The notes below the pieces were generated by a model, which was not told where the DNA came from, did not search any database, and saw nothing but the letters and a program-made list of their open reading frames with translations. A stretch of 64,000 nucleotides of DNA from Candidatus Falkowbacteria bacterium S5_I03 (GTDB lineage: Bacteria > Patescibacteriota > Patescibacteriia > Patescibacteriales > UBA12465), in assembly GCA_019248265.1 (NCBI GenBank), contig JAEHGX010000004.1, positions 9,495 to 73,494 on the forward strand. The letters are read 5' to 3'. Positions 61,772 through 64,000 of this stretch are shown one piece after another. Position 1 is the stretch's first letter; each line of letters begins with the position of its first letter. A program made the position numbers and the translations under genes.

Positions 61772-62206
61772 TTATTTCAAATCTTTAGCCACGAAAAAGG
61801 CAATTTCCCGTCCCTGATTATCATAATAGCGGTCATTGAAGCCGCAGATTCGGAAATTGTTTTTTAAATATAAAGTTAAGACGCCGCTAAGCGATGGGGC
61901 TTCGGCGATAATCGCCCGCGCTTTAGTCAGCCGCACCTGGCTAATTATTTTCTTAACTAGCTTATCGCCATATCCACGGCCACGAAGCTTGGGATGGATA
62001 AAAATATCAATAATAGAAGCGGTATTATTCCAAGCATAATAATGAAAACCACTGAAGCCAATTACTTTTTCATTTTGGGTGGCCACATAAAAATAATCAT
62101 TCGGGCCGGTAATCACTTTAGCAAAATCTCGCACTTCTTTAAAATAAGTTTTATTTAATTTATTTATTTCCGGTAAATGTTTAGTTGTGGCTTTAACGAT
62201 TTTCAT
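61772..62206 (-). CDS. GNAT family N-acetyltransferase
   Basis: ..LRGRGYGDKLVKK.. acetyl-CoA loop; 144 aa. Confidence 0.75.
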   Translation of the reverse strand: MKIVKATTKHLPEINKLNKTYFKEVRDFAKVITGPNDYFYVATQNEKVIGFSGFHYYAWNNTASIIDIFIHPKLRGRGYGDKLVKKIISQVRLTKARAIIAEAPSLSGVLTLYLKNNFRICGFNDRYYDNQGREIAFFVAKDLK

Positions 62207-62321
62207 AAAGATAATTTTATTTTATCCTAATTTTATAATCCCATAAAAACGGCCTAAAGTCAAAATAAAAAGCAGACAGAATGTCTTCTGAATGCTTTGT
62301 GTTCTTGGATGATTCCGTTTA

Positions 62322-62609
62322 TTAAAGATTAATAATAATCGGAACATCTTCCTCTTGCATAATCACAATCTGATCGGTTTGCATGGAAAATATTTTTCCA
62401 AAATGACCGTAGCTAATCACTTTCTGGCTTTTGTCTTGGCAGTTTTGAAGGACAACCTTCATTTCTTGGCGGCCAAGATCGAGCACGACTTTCCAATAGG
62501 AATTGGCAGGGATTACTGCCGTCGTTTGGCTTGAAAAAATAAAGTGTTCAGTTAGCTCAAAGCCAGCGGCGAAAAATATCACCATTTTGTTTAAAGGGAT
62601 TGATTTCAT
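62322..62609 (-). CDS. hypothetical protein (95 aa)
   Basis: Own promoter (minus strand TTGACA-17-TATTAT at about 62655-62683). No motif recognised. Confidence 0.45.
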   Translation of the reverse strand: MKSIPLNKMVIFFAAGFELTEHFIFSSQTTAVIPANSYWKVVLDLGRQEMKVVLQNCQDKSQKVISYGHFGKIFSMQTDQIVIMQEEDVPIIINL

Positions 62610-62694
62610 CTATATCGATTTTATGATTTTAAAGGACTTTGGTGTTCAAAGTATAATATCATAAAAACTTGATTGTGTCAATACAAGCAAAAGC

Positions 62695-62726
62695 AAAAAG
62701 ACTGTCCCCAAAAGGATAGTCTTTTC
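62695..62726. terminator. intrinsic terminator after the HIT gene
   Basis: AGACTGTCC-ccaaaa-GGATAGTCT, flanked by A/T runs. Confidence 0.65.
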
Positions 62727-62742
62727 ATTTTGTGAAGTATAT

Positions 62743-63135
62743 TTAATAAGCAATACTAGGCCTTTTATTTGTTTCCTGCTTGAAAGCGTATCTAATCCCC
62801 TTGCCCCTTAACGGCTCGTCAGAAAATCTGGCAATTACATGAAGATGGACATGATTTACATTCTGTCCGGCGTCATCACCAATATTCCAACCTATATTAT
62901 ACCCGGAAGGATTATACTTATCTAAAATCTCTTTAACTTCTCTAAGAAGATTTTTCATAGACAGCCATTCTTCATCACTAAGCTCAAACGGCGTTAAAAC
63001 ATGTCTATAAGTTATTATCATTCCGGCGTGCTTTATAACAGGATCGATACTTTCGACAAAATAACAAAGATCATTTTTTGCTAAAATTTCCCCTTTAAGT
63101 GTATTATTTTCTAAACAAAAATTGCAATTTTCCAT
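62743..63135 (-). CDS. HIT family protein
   Basis: NVNHVHLHVIARF histidine triad. Confidence 0.8.
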   Translation of the reverse strand: MENCNFCLENNTLKGEILAKNDLCYFVESIDPVIKHAGMIITYRHVLTPFELSDEEWLSMKNLLREVKEILDKYNPSGYNIGWNIGDDAGQNVNHVHLHVIARFSDEPLRGKGIRYAFKQETNKRPSIAY

Positions 63136-63199
63136 ATTTTTTATATTATCATCTATAATAATTAAAAAATAACAATAAAGTCAAACTAGCGATGTTTTG

Positions 63200-63556
<357 letters not shown>

Positions 63557-63562
63557 TTAAAA

Positions 63563-64000
63563 TTAATCAATTCCTTTTGGAGAGGCGACGTGAGCGCCGG
63601 CCGTGACTTTGCTAGTTTCGTGATCCAGACAATATGTCAAAGTATAATCTTTTTCATTTTTATATGCATATTTATATTCATAATCCGTAGCACAAATATC
63701 CGTTTCCCCTTTTCGAGCCGCCGGAATCTTAGAAATAAATGTATTACCATTAGCAACAACAGGACTGCCGGTGACAATACTTTCCGGGTACTTACCAACT
63801 TCATTATAATATAATTCAAGAACAGTTTGTATAATTCTAACATCTGAAAGAGTGACCGCGTCCCTATCTACAGGCTTATTTTCATCCGCTATTTCTTCTT
63901 CAAGCTCTTTACATTCATCGTCTAATTCAGGATAATCATTCCCCATTACTTGGCAGGGCTTTAAATTCCCTTTTTTATACGCCACTCCAACCAAACATTG
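63563..64000 (-). CDS. pilin-like protein, paralog of 24275-24706; the 5' end may lie beyond the window
   Basis: RDAVTLSDVRIIQTVLELYYNEVGKYP...YTLTYCLDHETSKVTAGAHVASPKGI aligns with RDAKRLSDVKQLQTALGLYEHDAQSYP...YTLKYCLGATTAEIPSGLNVATPAGI. The frame is open to position 64000. Confidence 0.6.
   Translation of the reverse strand, partial: QCLVGVAYKKGNLKPCQVMGNDYPELDDECKELEEEIADENKPVDRDAVTLSDVRIIQTVLELYYNEVGKYPESIVTGSPVVANGNTFISKIPAARKGETDICATDYEYKYAYKNEKDYTLTYCLDHETSKVTAGAHVASPKGID

Overview
This is an AT-rich (roughly 35-40% GC by eye), very gene-dense bacterial chromosome segment, mostly coded on the minus strand. Genes are small, leaders are short, AT-rich and lack Shine-Dalgarno motifs, several housekeeping proteins carry Lys-rich tails, and there are type IV pilin-like genes and many orphan proteins. 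I associate this profile with streamlined Patescibacteria/CPR-type genomes (inference only). Positions 1-27 kb are mainly housekeeping: serS (partial), dnaX, rpmA, pyrG, metG, rsmI, secE-nusG-rplK-rplA, iscU/nifS, malic enzyme and a DEAD-box helicase. Positions 28-64 kb are increasingly accessory: orphans, four GNATs, two HIT proteins, four NUDIX proteins, secreted and repeat proteins. I saw no rRNA, tRNA, CRISPR array, transposase or integrase. Three real genes are missing from the ORF track: serS (no stop in the window), a 56-aa ferredoxin and a 59-aa SecE. The main leads are these. (1) An unannotated 37-aa Cys-containing peptide gene heads a radical-SAM/SPASM operon that continues into amidohydrolase-, nucleoside-phosphorylase- and PRTase-fold genes; a leaky-terminator hairpin follows the peptide gene, and a divergent stand-alone PheS-like catalytic core fused to an FDX-ACB-like domain sits next to it. 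(2) A conserved promoter/leader module (TTACA-N18-ATTGTTTTTTRTTAC) occurs upstream of three orphan gene units and of an ECF sigma/anti-sigma operon, which suggests a regulon. (3) That sigma operon encodes a split ferric-reductase/FNR-like/ApbE redox set. (4) Two stand-alone promoter-to-terminator small transcripts are present, one a structured ~280-nt RNA and/or 50-aa hydrophobic peptide, the other a leaderless Asn/Tyr-rich 26-codon ORF followed by a terminator. All functional calls rest on motif recognition by eye; no database search was run.
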